A DNA stretch of 64,000 nucleotides from Octopus sinensis (GCF_006345805.1 NC_043015.1:20584001-20648000); one strand, 5' to 3'. Shown: positions 40,748-55,799, numbered from the stretch's first letter. The notes: generated from the sequence alone by a model not told the origin. Numbers and translations: made by a program.

Positions 40748-41834
40748 GAAATATATGTATGAAAAGGTTTTGCAGAATCTCATTGTAACAAATTTACACA
40801 CAAGGAATTCATCAACGTTATTTCAGTAATAGCCGGCTAAGACCCCACGTAGCCAACGCCATTACTAATATGAGAAAAGAGGCAGGGAGGGGGAGAAAGA
40901 GAAAAAGATAGAGATAGAAAGAGAAACCCCTTCTGAATAAAGGTATTGATTAGTTCATAGATGATATAGCGAAGGACAATATTGTCTGTACAGGACTTGT
41001 ATTGTTTCTGAGACGGCTTTTATGCAGTATCGCTTTCATTGTTAAATTGGATTCGCCTTTAGCGAATTATATAACGTAGCGTGAATGTAAGAACGATTAC
41101 AATAATTGTAGGGGGAATTAGATTGGTTTTCTAACTTCAAAAATTCTAACATACCAAATATTGTTTTTACTAAATAACAAGAGCATTAATTATTTGATGG
41201 CAAAACAGCAAATCGGAATACATAGTAACCCCACCACACAATACGATACTTATTTGTCTCTTTATCCGCTTATTACTTTGTTGTTTATGCACAATGCTTG
41301 TGTAATTTAGCGTATGCATGCATATATAGGTGTATATACGCACATGCATACGCTATACACACATGCATGCACACACATCACTAAAATATATCATCATCGT
41401 TTTAACGTCCATTTTCCAAGCTGGCATGAGTCGAAGAGAATTTGTTGAGGCAGATTGTTTTACGGCCGGATACATTTCTTCCTGTCACCACCTTCACCTT
41501 CTCCCAAGCAAAGTAATATTTTCCTCCTAGGCAGACATTGTTTTAACGGGAGCTTGAAAATGATGGCATCGCTTATATGTCATTGACGCTCGTTTACAAC
41601 AACCACGCGACTGCAAACACGGAAATGATGGGTACTTTCAGATTCCATCTACAAAGTCTGCTCACAAGAACTCAATTGGTCGGCTTGGTGTTATTGTAGA
41701 AGACACTTGCCGAAGGTGCCACGAATATATCTCTGTGTGTGTATTAAAGTGAGGTTCAGGAGTCATGCATGTAATAACAAAGCCCCAGTTTCAATCCTGC
41801 TACCGAGCATTTTTTGAACCACATTATTAATTCA

Positions 41835-42035
41835 AATCTTTATCATTTCATTTCTATTCTCAAGACAAATATCAAAGCTATTGTTGACGAAAGCGTTGGC
41901 CAATACCTGCGTTACTGTAGATGTGATTCGAAGAAATACCGGATCGTCAGCGAAGTCAAGGGTTGTAAGTCTTCTCTCTGACAAACTGAAGCCGAATGCT
42001 GACACTACTGGAGTCATCATAATCAAAGTCTCGGA
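41835..42035 (-). mobile_element. Non-LTR (RTE-like) reverse transcriptase fragment
   Basis: AFGFSLSERRLTTLDFADDPVFL contains the LDFADD catalytic motif in RTE-like context. Confidence 0.65.
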
Positions 42036-42486
42036 CGACAGGGATGAAAAATGATCAGTGTGTGTCACTAACTCATTCTTGTAACGATATCGAAACCTGT
42101 TCTGATGTAGCAAAGCATATATACAATCAAAGCATATATACAATGCAATCATATATACGGTCTTTTTCAAGGGAGGGCATATGGCCTCATTCCTCCACTG
42201 AAGTCAGCTTATTTCCCATAGAGAGAGGATTTCCAGCATTGCAAAGGATTTAGAAGTGCTTGCAAAACCCTGAGTAGCTCCTGTTGTTTCTACAAGGGGC
42301 ATAGCGACTGTCATGTTTATTACACACACACACACATACACACACAGATGTATGTATATATTTATGTATGTAAGTGTGTCTGTGTGTTCATGTGTGTTAA
42401 TCACAATGAACAATATTTAGAACAAAGGAAAAAGAACATTTCAACAGTAAGTTGTTAATTTTACGTTTTAGCAGAAATAGAAATTG

Positions 42487-42522
42487 CCCTAACGTTTCAG
42501 ACATCAGTTCTTCTTCAGAAGA
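42487..42522 (-). ncRNA. Minimal type I hammerhead-ribozyme-like motif
   Basis: TCTT-CTGAAGA-AGA(ACTGATG)TCT-GAAAC-GT-T-AGGG. Intact core, palindromic ACGT helix III, weak 3-bp helix II. Confidence 0.6.
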
Positions 42523-42637
42523 AAGTCAAAGAGAAGCATAAAAGAAAAGGAAAAGATAACTGGCCAGTACAAAACCAAACAAAAAAGGTTGGCACAAGGC
42601 GTGGAGAGTGTGTGGTTTGTAGTTTGTTAGCAAGCTG

Positions 42638-42670
<33 letters not shown>

Positions 42671-42689
42671 ATAACTTCGATAACCTAGA

Positions 42690-43045
42690 TTGCTTTCGAC
42701 ATTATCGGCCCAAGCCATGACTCACTGAATAGCACCACCTGGAGAAGCCTTTTAGTTAATTATTTCGGGACGCCGTGGACCATTCAAGCAGAGAGTTGTT
42801 GTTGGTTGAGACTTATCCAGATGTAGGTAGTTTATCTGGTATTTCCTGAAGGAATTTGTTCAGGTACCGTTTGAAAGTTGAGGGGTTTTTTTCTGCTTTA
42901 ATTTGTCTCGGGATAACTTTGAAAAGAGCAGAACCATTTTCAGTGAAGAAATTCTGTCGCAATGTTCTTATGTGATGTGATTTCAACCTTTGTAGGGGAC
43001 GCATTGCACGAGGGCCTAGTCTTATATCACGGTATCACCCGGATT
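42690..43045 (-). mobile_element. CR1/L2-type LINE 3-prime end
   Basis: RLKSHHIRTLRQNFFTENGSALFKVIPRQIKAEKNPSTFKRYLNKFLQEIPDKLPTSG*VSTNNNSLLEW matches the typical ORF2 C-terminus (FK..LD.FL..IPD.P..PGY....NSL.EW). Confidence 0.8.
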
Positions 43046-43431
43046 AACGGATGTTGTTATATATATATATATATATATAATATGTGTGTGGTGTGTGTGT
43101 GTGTGTGTATATATAATTATTAAGAATATATATAAAAATACAAATGGGACAAGACGCAAAACATTCAAATAGACGAGACAAAAAACGGACGGGTCATTCG
43201 AAGCCTCTAATCTTCAGTCAAGAACCAGATCATCCTCGCGATTTCGGCTGATTAGTCTTGAGATCGGTCCGATCCGGCCAGCCCCAAGGAAAAACTAAGC
43301 TATGAGCATTAGATTTCTTGGAAAAAGGATCGAATGTATACGAAACAAGGACAGAAAAACGGACGATGCCACACGAATATAAATACAAAAAACTATAATA
43401 ATAATAATAACAGGACAAAAACAACAGGCGT

Positions 43432-43480
<49 letters not shown>

Positions 43481-44263
43481 ATATATATATGTATATACAT
43501 ATATATATATAGCTGGTCATAATATGTTTTGCATTTTGTTTATTTATTTGTGCTTGCTTTCGAATGCCGTCGCTGGTTAAGGCAGCAGGAAGGTTATTCC
43601 GTCAGTGGGTTACGCTTTTACAGCTGTGTGAACTGGTAAAACATGTAACGAAGTGTTTTGTCAAGAAACCAGCATCCCATGTGGTCCCAGAATCGAACCA
43701 ATGACCTGGCGATCGTGAGTGCAATGTCTTAACTACTAAACTGCAAGACTTCATTCTCACATACACATTATGCATACATGCATACATGCAAATATTTCTA
43801 CACGCACACACACACACACACACACACATATAGACAGCTAGATAGATATTAGTATTTATATACAGATATCTTTATGTGTAGCTTTGTTGTTGTGTATGCG
43901 TGCTTCTGGTATTCGTGATAAATTGCTATAAAGCAAAACGATGCTAAAGCTAACGATTGGCCAAAACTAACGACAACCTATTCATTATCAGTCAATTGAA
44001 ATCACTCATTTTGGAGAGGAGACAACAAATTTTACAATTGAAATTTTTATTGATGGAATTCAGTTGGCAGCAAGTAAAACAATAATAAATTTACACTCGC
44101 AAACACACACACACACATGTTTATATCTACATACGTACACACTGACACAGACACACAGACACACACGCGCACACACACACACACACAATCATACATACAG
44201 AAAGTTTAATGCAACATTTGTGCGCATGAGAATTGTGTGTGTTTTCGTGTACTTGTAAATATG

Positions 44264-44338
<75 letters not shown>

Positions 44339-44519
44339 ATATATAACTCATACATATACATATATGCATATATACATATACATATATATATATACATATA
44401 TATATATACACATATATATACATATAATATATACAATATATATGCATATATATATATATACATACATACACACATGCACACACACAAACACACACACACA
44501 CACGTATACATATATATAT

Positions 44520-44859
44520 TGTTGTTGTTGGCATCCTCTTGTCTCGGGAGACAATGGAATGGCGCATAAACTAATCCAGTCTGGTTTTTACATTCCATGT
44601 CCTCTCCAGTTTCCTCCCCAGTTTTGTGCAGGCCTGGGCTAGATGTAAGAAAATCCTGGGTAGCTCAAACGTCAGGATTCTTCTCTCGACCTTGCTGACG
44701 TAGTCCAAAGGAGTGCAGAGCATTACGTTTGGCACCAGCTTGGTTGCAGAAGCTGCCAGAAGAGTGTCAATTCGAACACTAAACCGGTTTCAGGGCTCCA
44801 CTGGATTTTTTTGAAGGTTGTCTCCTTTCCGTAACCCTGGATAGTGGCCACACCGGATA

Positions 44860-44860
<1 letters not shown>
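44520..44860 (+). mobile_element. GC-richer interspersed repeat, probably RTE-LINE 5-prime region
   Basis: TGGCACCAGCTTGGTTGCAGAAGCTGCC and GGCTCCACTGGATTTT motifs recalled from RTE 5-prime UTRs; flanked by microsatellites. Confidence 0.45.
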
Positions 44861-44899
<39 letters not shown>

Positions 44900-44971
44900 T
44901 ATATATATCTACACACACACACATATATATATATACATATTTTTACATATATATAAGTATATAATATATAT

Positions 44972-45035
<64 letters not shown>

Positions 45036-45879
45036 CTCTTTCTCCCTATATGTAAATAATTGGTAGATAATAAATGTGCGTATATATATATATATATATG
45101 TTTATATTTTTATATATGTTTATATATGTTCGTAGGTATATATACATACGCACACATATGCGTATGTATATATATTTATATGTAATTTTTACGCACACAC
45201 ACATATACACACATACACACATACTCATGTTTACAATATAAATTTCCTTATCTAAGTTTTGCATTAACATGGTTGTGTTAGAAATTTCTCTGTAAAATTT
45301 CCTTTTGATGCTATCACCTTTTGCCTTCCCTGATGTTCATCTGCAACAATAAAGTCCACAAATCCTGTCACATGTCATATCTAATATGGCTTATTGAAAA
45401 TCTAGGCGCAGTAAACTCCAATTTTCCTTTCGATAATTCAGTAGAAAAACACGCCAAGACAATCCTGCGGAGGCCTAGAAAGCAAGATGAGGTATTTGCC
45501 AAATTTAATCCCTCGAACAAACACTAAGTAACTAATACGAAAAGATGAAAACACACATTTGTCAGAATATCAAATTGACAATTGAATATTCGGCGATAAT
45601 GAAATAGAATTAAGTGAACATATAAATACAATGACTTCATAATACACTGTATTCACCGCTAAAGATAGCACGCAGCTGCATGAAACCTATAATAGAGCCT
45701 TATCCCTGTTTTATGAAGTAACATTATTATGGAGGTCACCTCTGTCTTTCATCTACCTGGATTCAATAAAATAAAATATTAATCAAGCATGAGATTCAAC
45801 GGTGCCAATTGTTCCCTTCTCAAAATTTCCGGCCCTGGGTTAGAACTTTTTAGTATTATTACAATTGAGTGACAGAGGA

Positions 45880-46400
45880 AAACATGGCCATGAATGTGAC
45901 ATTGGGATATAAATATATGAAGCCCAGTATACCCGCAATGACTACCCGACTGATAAAGGGTACACCAGGCACATGCATCACAACCATTTGTGTGACATGG
46001 CGATCTCTTTTCAAAATATACAGCGCATGACCTTGCAGGTGGAGCCCAGTTAGAATTTTCTTCAGATCGAGTAGCCCGTCCTGCTCAAAAGGTCCCTGAA
46101 TAAAGTTAGTTTACGGATAATGATCGAAACACCCTAATTTCCAGAGGTGATTTATTAAAACACCAAAGAATTCCCCCATCACACTTGCCCGTGATCAGAA
46201 ATACATATAGTACCAGCCGTCAAGGGGCATAACGCAATTGATGAAGGTCAAGCAACCGACGAGTAATTATGTGGTATTAAGCAGAATATTTGCTGTAGCC
46301 CATCTTTTATACTAAGACAAAATGTGTACATGATAGGACTTCCAATCAGTTATGATCAGAAGCCATGAGAGCCGCTGCTTGGTAGTGCATCAGGGTATAT
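45880..46400. mobile_element. (ATT)n-associated interspersed element, diverged copy
   Basis: Collinear (roughly 80 percent by eye) with 47309-47780. Confidence 0.85.
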
Positions 46401-46423
46401 TTTGATAATAATAATAATTATTA

Positions 46424-47245
46424 TTAAGGCAGCGAGTTGGAAGAAACGTTAGCACACCGGGCGAAATGCTTAACAGCATTTCGTCTGTCTTCTTCTGAGT
46501 TCAAATGCGATCTGAGTGGACTTTGCCTGTCATCCTCCCGGGGTTGATAAAATAAAAAACCATTTGAGCACTGGGGTCGATATACTCGACTTACATCCTC
46601 CTCCTAAATTTCAGGCCTTGTGCCTATATTAGAAAGGATTATTATTATTATTATTTTTTAAAAAATTATTATTATTATTATTATTATTATGAAGACAGCG
46701 TGCTGGCAGAATCGTTAGCACGTCGGGCAAAGTCTTAAGCGATATTTCGCTATTCTTAACGTTTTGCGTGCAAATTTCTCCGAGGTCGACTTTGCCTTTA
46801 ATCCTTTCGGGGTGGATAATAAGTACCAGATGAGCACGGTTCAGGGTGGATATCGACGTAATCGACTAAACCACTCCCACAAACCTTCAGGCCTTGTGCC
46901 TATAGTAGTTAGTAATATTAATATGGCGGTTTGTTAGCAGAATTTCCTGGCGCCAGACAAAATGCGTAGCGACATTTCTTCGTTTTTTGGGTTTTTTTAA
47001 AACTTTTTGCTGTGTAAAAATTCTGCCGTGGTTGAACTTAGGCTTTCATCGTTTCGGGGTCAATAAAATATAGTTCCAGTCATGTTACTGAGGTCGATGT
47101 AATTATCTCGACTCGTCTCACCTGAAAATTGCTGGCCTTGAGCCATAATTTGAAAGACTCATTAGCGGTGTTTCGCTACACTTTGTGTTCAAATTCCACT
47201 GAGGTCGACTTTGCTTTTTTTTGCCCATTGGCAAAATTTGAAACA
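46424..47245 (+). mobile_element. Four head-to-tail SINE family B copies
   Basis: Heads at about 46424, 46692 and 46922 plus a partial copy at about 47140, most separated by ATT-rich tracts. Confidence 0.85.
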
Positions 47246-47255
47246 ATTATTATTA

Positions 47256-47308
<53 letters not shown>

Positions 47309-47777
47309 GAGTGAGCGAGCAGAGCATGCCATCAAAGTGACACTGGGGTAAAATATACGAAGCCCAGTATACCCATCATGACTACCCGTCTGATAAGGGT
47401 ACACCAGGCACATGCATCACAACCATATGTGCGCGACATGGTGATCTCATATCAAGATAAAAGCACATGAACCTTGCAGGTGGAGCCCAGTTAGAATTTT
47501 CTTCAGATCGAGTAACCCATCCCGCTCAAAAGGTCCCTGAATAAGGGTTATTTAAGGACGTTGAACGAAACACCCATGTTTCCAAAGGTGAATTATCCAA
47601 ACCCCAAAGAATCCCTCTCAACACATGGCTATGATGCTCTCCCACTACTTCTGCTCGTGATCAGAGATGCACATATCGTCAGCCACTAAGGGACATGCTC
47701 AACTGGTTAAGGTCAAACAACTGACAAGCAAATCTGTGGTATTGAGCAGAATATTTGCTGTAGCCCATCTTTTATAC

Positions 47778-47780
<3 letters not shown>
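47309..47780. mobile_element. (ATT)n-flanked interspersed element, less diverged copy
   Basis: GAGTGAGCGAGCAGAGCATGCCATC..GCCCATCTTTTATACCA lies between two pure (ATT)n arrays. Confidence 0.85.
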
Positions 47781-47817
<37 letters not shown>

Positions 47818-47827
47818 GGTATTGTTA

Positions 47828-47857
<30 letters not shown>

Positions 47858-47860
<3 letters not shown>

Positions 47861-48070
47861 GGTGGTGAGTGGGCACAATCGTTTGCACGGCGGGCGAAAT
47901 GCTTAGCGATATTTCCTCTACCTCTACATTCTGAGTTCAAATTCTGCCGAAATCGACTTTGCCTTTCATCCTTTCGGGGTCGATAAATTAAGTACCAGTG
48001 AAACACTGGGGTCGATGTAATGGAATTATCACCTTTCGCAAAACTTCTGCCCTTGTGGTAAAAATTTGAA
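47858..48070 (+). mobile_element. SINE family B
   Basis: Standard body between (ATT)n arrays. Confidence 0.85.
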
Positions 48071-48072
48071 AA

Positions 48073-48124
<52 letters not shown>

Positions 48125-48600
48125 GTCATATATTCTTCGTGTTCTTATTATGAATCGGTGATTACTTTCCACACTATTCCATTTTCCGTGGTGCTGAACG
48201 CTTTGAGCTACGTTAACCCGAAAATGAAGTAGCTTTCTCATGGATATAGAAAATAGACGAGAAACGTTAATGAAAACGCCAGTATGGAATTGAAGTGTAA
48301 TACGAAATCAGTACACACTTCTTCTTCTTCCATTCTTCCATTCTCTCCCTTGAGCGCATGCGTGCGTCAGTGGGATTATGCGGAGAAATACATATATACA
48401 TATGTATATGTGTATATATACATACACATAATGTGTATCTATATTGATAAATGTTTATGCAATAATCACACACACACACACACACATCACTGTGTGTGTT
48501 TTCTCCTTTCTGTATGTATTAGTAATTGTACTCACACAATTGTACGCACCACAACCACTGAAGTAGAATATCATGGCCGTAATCGAAAAAAATTGTTGGC

Positions 48601-48661
<61 letters not shown>

Positions 48662-48726
48662 TCCATCCTGTGTCTCTCTGATGGTAAATGTAGGCATACC
48701 TAGCAAAGTTCTATTTATCTATCTTC

Positions 48727-48798
<72 letters not shown>

Positions 48799-51172
48799 TT
48801 AACTCCTATTCTCTATATCTGAACGATTGTCAATCGATCTTTCAATTTATCCATGTGCCTCTCTATCTGTCTATCTATCGATCTGTCTGCCTTTCTATTT
48901 ATTTTGTATCTATTTACCTATTTCTCTATTACATTCGTATCTATCTAACCACACATACACACACATTTTTTGTGTTTTTTGTCTCTAGATCTATCTATCT
49001 ATTTTTATCTGTCTGTCTGTCGATGTATCGATCTATCGACCGACCTAACTTCGCAAACATTCCTTAACAATTGATACTGAGCGAGACAAGTTGAGGGAGA
49101 TCTTAAGTGAAAAAGAAGCATAAGAAATAATAACTAAACAAACGTGACAGCAGGAACAAACACTCAACGCAAACGCACACATATTGCACACGCACACACA
49201 CACATACACATAAGCGTGCGGGGGGGGAGGATGTTTGTGTGGTTAACAATTTCACATTTTACCCGCTTGGTCTCGGGTTCCAGTGCGCGGCACACTGGAC
49301 AAATGTTTTCCAATGTCTCTAGCCGATTTGTGAATGAACTTGGGAGGTGGAAACTGTATGAAAGCCCATGATGTGTGTGTAAGCTTGTTTTTCCGTTTGT
49401 GCCCCACACCATCAAAGCCGATATTCTTTTGTTTACATTCTTCATCTCTTGTCGGTTCGCTAAGAAGACGCAGGTGGGATAATAACTTCAAATATATACT
49501 GAGGTCGATTTGTTCGAACTAAACATTTCAAGGCGGTGCCCCAGCATGGCCGCAGTGCAATGACAGGAATTATTAAAGGAAATTTTATACATCAAGACAC
49601 GCTCACGGAGGTCATGTGAAATAATAAAGACACGCACTCCCAACACAAACTTACATTGCGTCTTTGTATATTTCGATACCGAAATATATAGAAAAATGTG
49701 TGTGTGTGAGTAAATATGTATATGCATATACATATGAGTACTTTATATGTTTGTATATACTAAAGACATACAAACATATATAAATATTTTAAAACTAAAG
49801 TAATAGATGATAGCGTGTACAAATATGCAATATTTGTTTATTTACACACATGTATATATACACGTATACCCGTGCATATCTACATAAATTCTTGTATACG
49901 TACACGCGTATGTATTCTTATATACGTACACGCCTATATACAAATACATATACATAAATGCGAATATATCCCTCACCTAATCACATATAAACCACTGTGC
50001 ATTTGCAAGCGAGGCCGATGGGTTCGCATAAAGGCAATGTAAGAATACTTTATTTATTTATTTCGCCTGTTCAGCCAGTCGCTGATCGATAGGCATTTCG
50101 TTTTGGTTAGCTTTTCTTTGCTTGTGGTCAGATGTTATTATATTGTCCAGCTACTTCAAGCTTTGATTGCTGTCTAAATAACGTACTTCAGAAAACTCCC
50201 TCTTCCCCGTCCCCGTATATAGCCCACCCCACCCTTCACAGTAGGACTGCTGAGCTATTCAATTCCAAAGACGGCCTGCCCCTTCGCCCCTCCCCTTATC
50301 CCTCATGCCGATCCAACCAACTCCTTATTCTGAAATCAATACGAAAAGGAAGAAAAGCATCTTCCATAGTAATTTCCAAGCTGTTTCATCAAAACTAAGA
50401 AAAATTCTCATTCTTATTGCTGCATTCTCATTCCCAAGGCAGGATTTTACAACATGGTAAATTGGTGCCTTGCAGGAACAAGAAGAAAATAAAGAAAGAG
50501 GTAGGAGGAGGGCGAGGAGGTGGGGAGAAAGGTAACGAAAAGAAATAAATGAGAAAGAAGAGGAGAAAAACAAGGATGGAAAGAAAAAGTAACGTAAAAG
50601 ACTTTAACTAACTAACCATTGGGTTTTTATCCCCATTTACAAGGATTGTACGATCGATTTTAAAGGGACATATTTCCTCAATTGATGCTGATATATAGTT
50701 CTGTCCAATTATCTCGCGAGGCATCGTTCACGATCGCTTTTGAGAGACCAGTTAAAGAAATAATAATGTATTGGTTTCTGCAAGACAACGGGGGTAGGGT
50801 TGTTGAGTTTATTGTCGATTCCATGAAGAAAATATAAATTTCTTATTTATATTTCCCATTCTTCTTTATAATGAATCACCCAAAGGAATTTATTCACTGT
50901 TTAGAGTTTAAATATTTGATCTAAAACTTTGCTGTTTATTATTTGTGTTATTCGTTTGTTGTCGGTTGCTATTCTTTTCGATGGTAGCGTGGGAGGGGCA
51001 TGGATGGGTTTCTAGTGTGAATGCTTTTGTTATATTTCGCTCGTTCTCCCTGTCAGTATCTGTCTCATTCTTTCTCCATCTTCGGTCTATATATGCTTAC
51101 ACGGGTGAAAATTATTTTGGTGTATTTGTATATGGGTGTAAGTGCGTGTGACTGTGCATACACTTCATGCAA

Positions 51173-51213
<41 letters not shown>

Positions 51214-51372
51214 GTACATATGTCAATATATCAATATCAATCTATTATATATACATACATGCATACACACACACACACATATATATATATACATATTATA
51301 TATATACAAAAGTATCACACATACACACATACATATATGTTTATCGACACGCTAATACATGGACATAGATTC

Positions 51373-51419
<47 letters not shown>

Positions 51420-51585
51420 ATACATACGTACATCAATATACATGCATATATACATATATAAACATATATAAACATGCATATATATGCATATATATAATAT
51501 ATATCCACATATATATACATGCATACATTTATGCATTTATATATATATATATATATATACATACACACATATATATATATTATAT

Positions 51586-51629
<44 letters not shown>

Positions 51630-52029
51630 ATATGTGTGCATATACGTTTATACATGTATATATGTTTACACACACGTATACACACACATAGCCTCACACA
51701 TATTTACACATGTACATCACTTTAAAAATAAAACCCAGAAATGAACATTAGTAAGATTTACAAGGATTGTTAAACACTACAATATCGTATATCTCAACAA
51801 AATATAGAATCGTAGAACAAGAAGCAACTTCAGGAACTGCATTTGCTTAGAACTGGAGTAAAAGAAACAACCAAAGTGGATAAGTTACTCTTAATCCTTA
51901 ACTCAGCCACTGAGGATATTTTTATCTTAGCAACAGCTAATCTGACAATCCTTGCGCAATGTCCGCAACTACATCAACTTATTAATATGGAATCCGTAAA
52001 ACAAAGTAAAAAGAAAATAGCCACGCACA

Positions 52030-52550
52030 CATACATACATGCATGCATGCATACATACATGCATGCATGCATACATACATACATACATATATACATACGT
52101 ACGCACTTACGACTGTGCGTATAAACATACATATGTACTTACGAGCATGCATACATGCATGCATATATACATATATATATACGTACGTACTTACGGGCGT
52201 GCATACATACACACGTACATACATTCGTGCATACATATGTAAGAGAGTGCATATATACATACATACCTAAGAGCGTGCGTACATACATACATACACACAC
52301 ACATACATACATACATACATACATACATACATACATACATACATACACACACATACCTACATACGAACATAAGAACGTGCGTACATACACACACATACAC
52401 ATACATACGTACATGCACAGATAAGAACGTGCATACATGTATACATACACATACATGCACACACACACACATACTTACATACGTACATAAGAGCGTGCGT
52501 ACATACATACATACATTTATGCACACACATACATAAATATGTACATGCGT
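52030..52550. repeat. (CATA)/(CA) array punctuated by about 8 copies of TAAGAGCGTGC(G/A)TACATAC
   Basis: Units near 52104, 52138, 52190, 52240, 52268, 52369, 52421 and 52487. Confidence 0.85.
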
Positions 52551-52808
52551 CCATAGATTATAACTTACATAAATACACAGGTTGTTAGATAATGGCTGTC
52601 ATATTGATAGGGACACGTTCATACATTAAAACGTACTCACACACACACACACACACACACACTATCACCTGCTTATAAGATCAAATATCCTCATAGACTT
52701 TCCAAATTCATCACACGAGAACTTTAACGACATTTATAGGTTCAGCGTTAGATTTAATTAATAATGTCGGCAAAATAATGAGGTCACTTTCAGTATTTGA
52801 AAGACAGA

Positions 52809-52871
<63 letters not shown>

Positions 52872-53566
52872 AGAGAGATTGAAAGAGAGAGAAGAGAGAG
52901 AGAGAGAGAGTGATAATGAGGTGGGCGGTTGTGGGTTCTCCACTATCATATGCACTATAAGTCACCATTATCATGACCAGCAACTTATGCCGTAATCAAC
53001 ACCATAACCAACACGACCATCATCATAGCCAATTGCCCCAATCATCATCATCGCCGTCGTGTTGGCCGTCAACGTGATCAACATCATCTCGCTGGTCGTT
53101 GAGATTGTTCTCGCGTTTGATATCGTTGTCATAACATTCATCTCAAATACGAAAGGAGAGAGGGGGAGAGGGAGAGGGAGGTGGAGAGAGAGAGAGAGAG
53201 AGAGAGAGATCACGTCATTACAGAAAACCGGGTAACCACATGCATGCGCTTCCATAAACGTGTACATACAAAAAGGCACTGACACACGCGCTCAGAGGGA
53301 TGGAGATAGAAGGAGAGAAAGAGTTTCTTTGGAAGGTATTTTTGTTCTACCTTGCAATAGAATCTTGATATTCTATTTTCTTGTTTCTATTCTTCCTTTT
53401 CGTCAACCTCCTCTTTTGCATGTATGTCTTACCCTCTCTTCACCATCACCATCTCCACAGCCTCTAACTCCTCCGCATGTTTTTCTTCCCCCTTCCCCTC
53501 CTCCTCTTTGTATTTGGTTCCCTGCATTTCTAATTCTCTTTTTCTCATCAATGTGTCTACACAAGT

Positions 53567-53654
<88 letters not shown>

Positions 53655-53674
53655 GAATATAGTCTTTTATTATC

Positions 53675-53995
53675 TTATTCTTTTACTTGTTTCAGTCATT
53701 TGAGAGCGTTCATGCTGGAGCACCGCCTTTAGAGTTGAGCAAATCGAACCCCGGACTTATTCTTTCTAAGCCTAGTACCGCGATGTTGTGGGGTGGGGAC
53801 AAACACAAACTCACTACACACATAAATATATATATATACGACGGGCTTCTTTCATTTTCGTCTACTAAATCCACTCACAAGGCTTTGGTCGGCCCGAGAC
53901 TATAGTAGAAGACACTTGTCCAAGGTGCCATGCAGTGGGACTGAACCCGGAAGCATGTAGATGGTAAACAAGCTACTTACCTTACAGCCACTCCT
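53675..53995 (-). mobile_element. SINE family A with internal deletion
   Basis: Reverse-complement match to 57250-57648. Confidence 0.88.
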
Positions 53996-54213
53996 ACATT
54001 CATATTTTCATTTATATTATTTATGCCTACATATACATGCATAAACACACATGTATATATATATCTATATATTTATATATAAGCATACATATCTATACAT
54101 ATAATTTAAATTTACACATATACCTATTTATGTATATAATATATTTAGGTATATATTTACATCTCATGCATTAATATATATATATATGTATATATATATG
54201 TATATATATGTAT

Positions 54214-54264
<51 letters not shown>

Positions 54265-54411
54265 GTATATATGTAATGATATACATATAATAATATATAT
54301 ACACATATAATATATGTATGTTGTATAATATATAGATATATATATATATATATATATGTATAGTGTGTGTAATATATATATATATTGTGTGTTATAATAT
54401 ATATATATATT

Positions 54412-54442
<31 letters not shown>

Positions 54443-54514
54443 CTATATATATATGTATATATGTAATATATACATATATATTATATATATACACATATAT
54501 ATAATGTATGTATG

Positions 54515-54547
<33 letters not shown>

Positions 54548-54590
54548 GTATAGGTGTGTGTTATATATATATATATGTGTGTATATATAA

Positions 54591-54632
<42 letters not shown>

Positions 54633-55149
54633 CTGCATATGCCTAACTATATATGTGTTCTTTCAATTATGCATGGACGGGTACCATATCGCTCTCTTGT
54701 TTTCTTTCACTCTCTCTATCTGTGTGTGTGTGTGTATTCGAGTGTCCTCTATCATTCTTCATCTAATCTTTCAGTCTCCTCTTCCACCTCATCATCCCTT
54801 CTCCCTCCCTTCAACATTATCCTCCTGCATTATATGCTGCATTCGATGAGATATATACGTTCATGTCGTAACTGGATCATCTCCAACCCCACCACACACA
54901 CACGTGGCAGGTATCGAATATCAAATATGAAATATCAAATATTTGCTGTGGTAAATGAGACAGAATGAGAGGAAGAGAGAGAGAGAGAGAGAGAGAGGGG
55001 GAGAGCGAGTGCAGAGGGTAGCGAGGTGAGTGAGTGGTGCAAAATTGCAACATAACCGGGGTGCACCGGTGCACTGTAGTATTGGCGCTAGTAGAGAAGG
55101 GTGGCGGTGTAGAGGCTGTCGAACATAACGTTGTCGTCTGTGATATATT

Positions 55150-55768
55150 TAGCAGCGTTAGCTACAGCAGTAGTAGTGGTGGCGGTGATAGTAGTGGTGG
55201 TGGTTATAAGAGTAGTTGTTTTGGTTGTAGTGGTAGCAGCTGTTTTGAAGTGGTTGTCTTAGTGATGGTAGCAATAGTAGTGCTAGTTGTAGCAGTAGTA
55301 ATAGTATAATCGTTAGTGGTTCTAGTATTAAGAGTAGTAGTAGTAGTAGCAGCAGCAATACAAGCAGTAGTAGTAGTAGTAGTAGTAGCTGCATTGGTGA
55401 TGGTGGTAGTGGTGGTGAAGCTTGTCGTTGTTATCGTCACCATCGGAGTAGTTGTATTAGTAGTAGGATGGGGAGAGGGAGGAGGACCAATAGTATTAAA
55501 AAGGAACGTGGTGTCTGGAGCGAAAGAGTGGACAGTGGTAAGTGTTGTTGTTGTATGGGTAGTAGTATAAATACGCAAATAAAAAACAAAAAATATGTGG
55601 TGTTATCCTTCCTTAAGGTGATAGACATTTATGCCCCAGTTCAAATCTGGCCAACTACTACTACTACTAACTACTACTACTACTACGACGACGACGACGA
55701 CGACGACGACGAAGATGACGACCACGACGATGACGATCTCTAGCACCAGCACCACACTGTTGTTGTTG

Positions 55769-55799
<31 letters not shown>

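Noticed and set aside
43140-43400. pLTR-like segment with CAGCCGAAATCGCG and CTGAAGA pieces
   Set aside because: The core halves are in the wrong order and no helix II joins them. It may be PLE-derived but cannot be called a hammerhead.
52100-52510. CRISPR array
   Set aside because: Spacers are microsatellite, repeats are short and degenerate, the context is eukaryotic and there are no cas genes.
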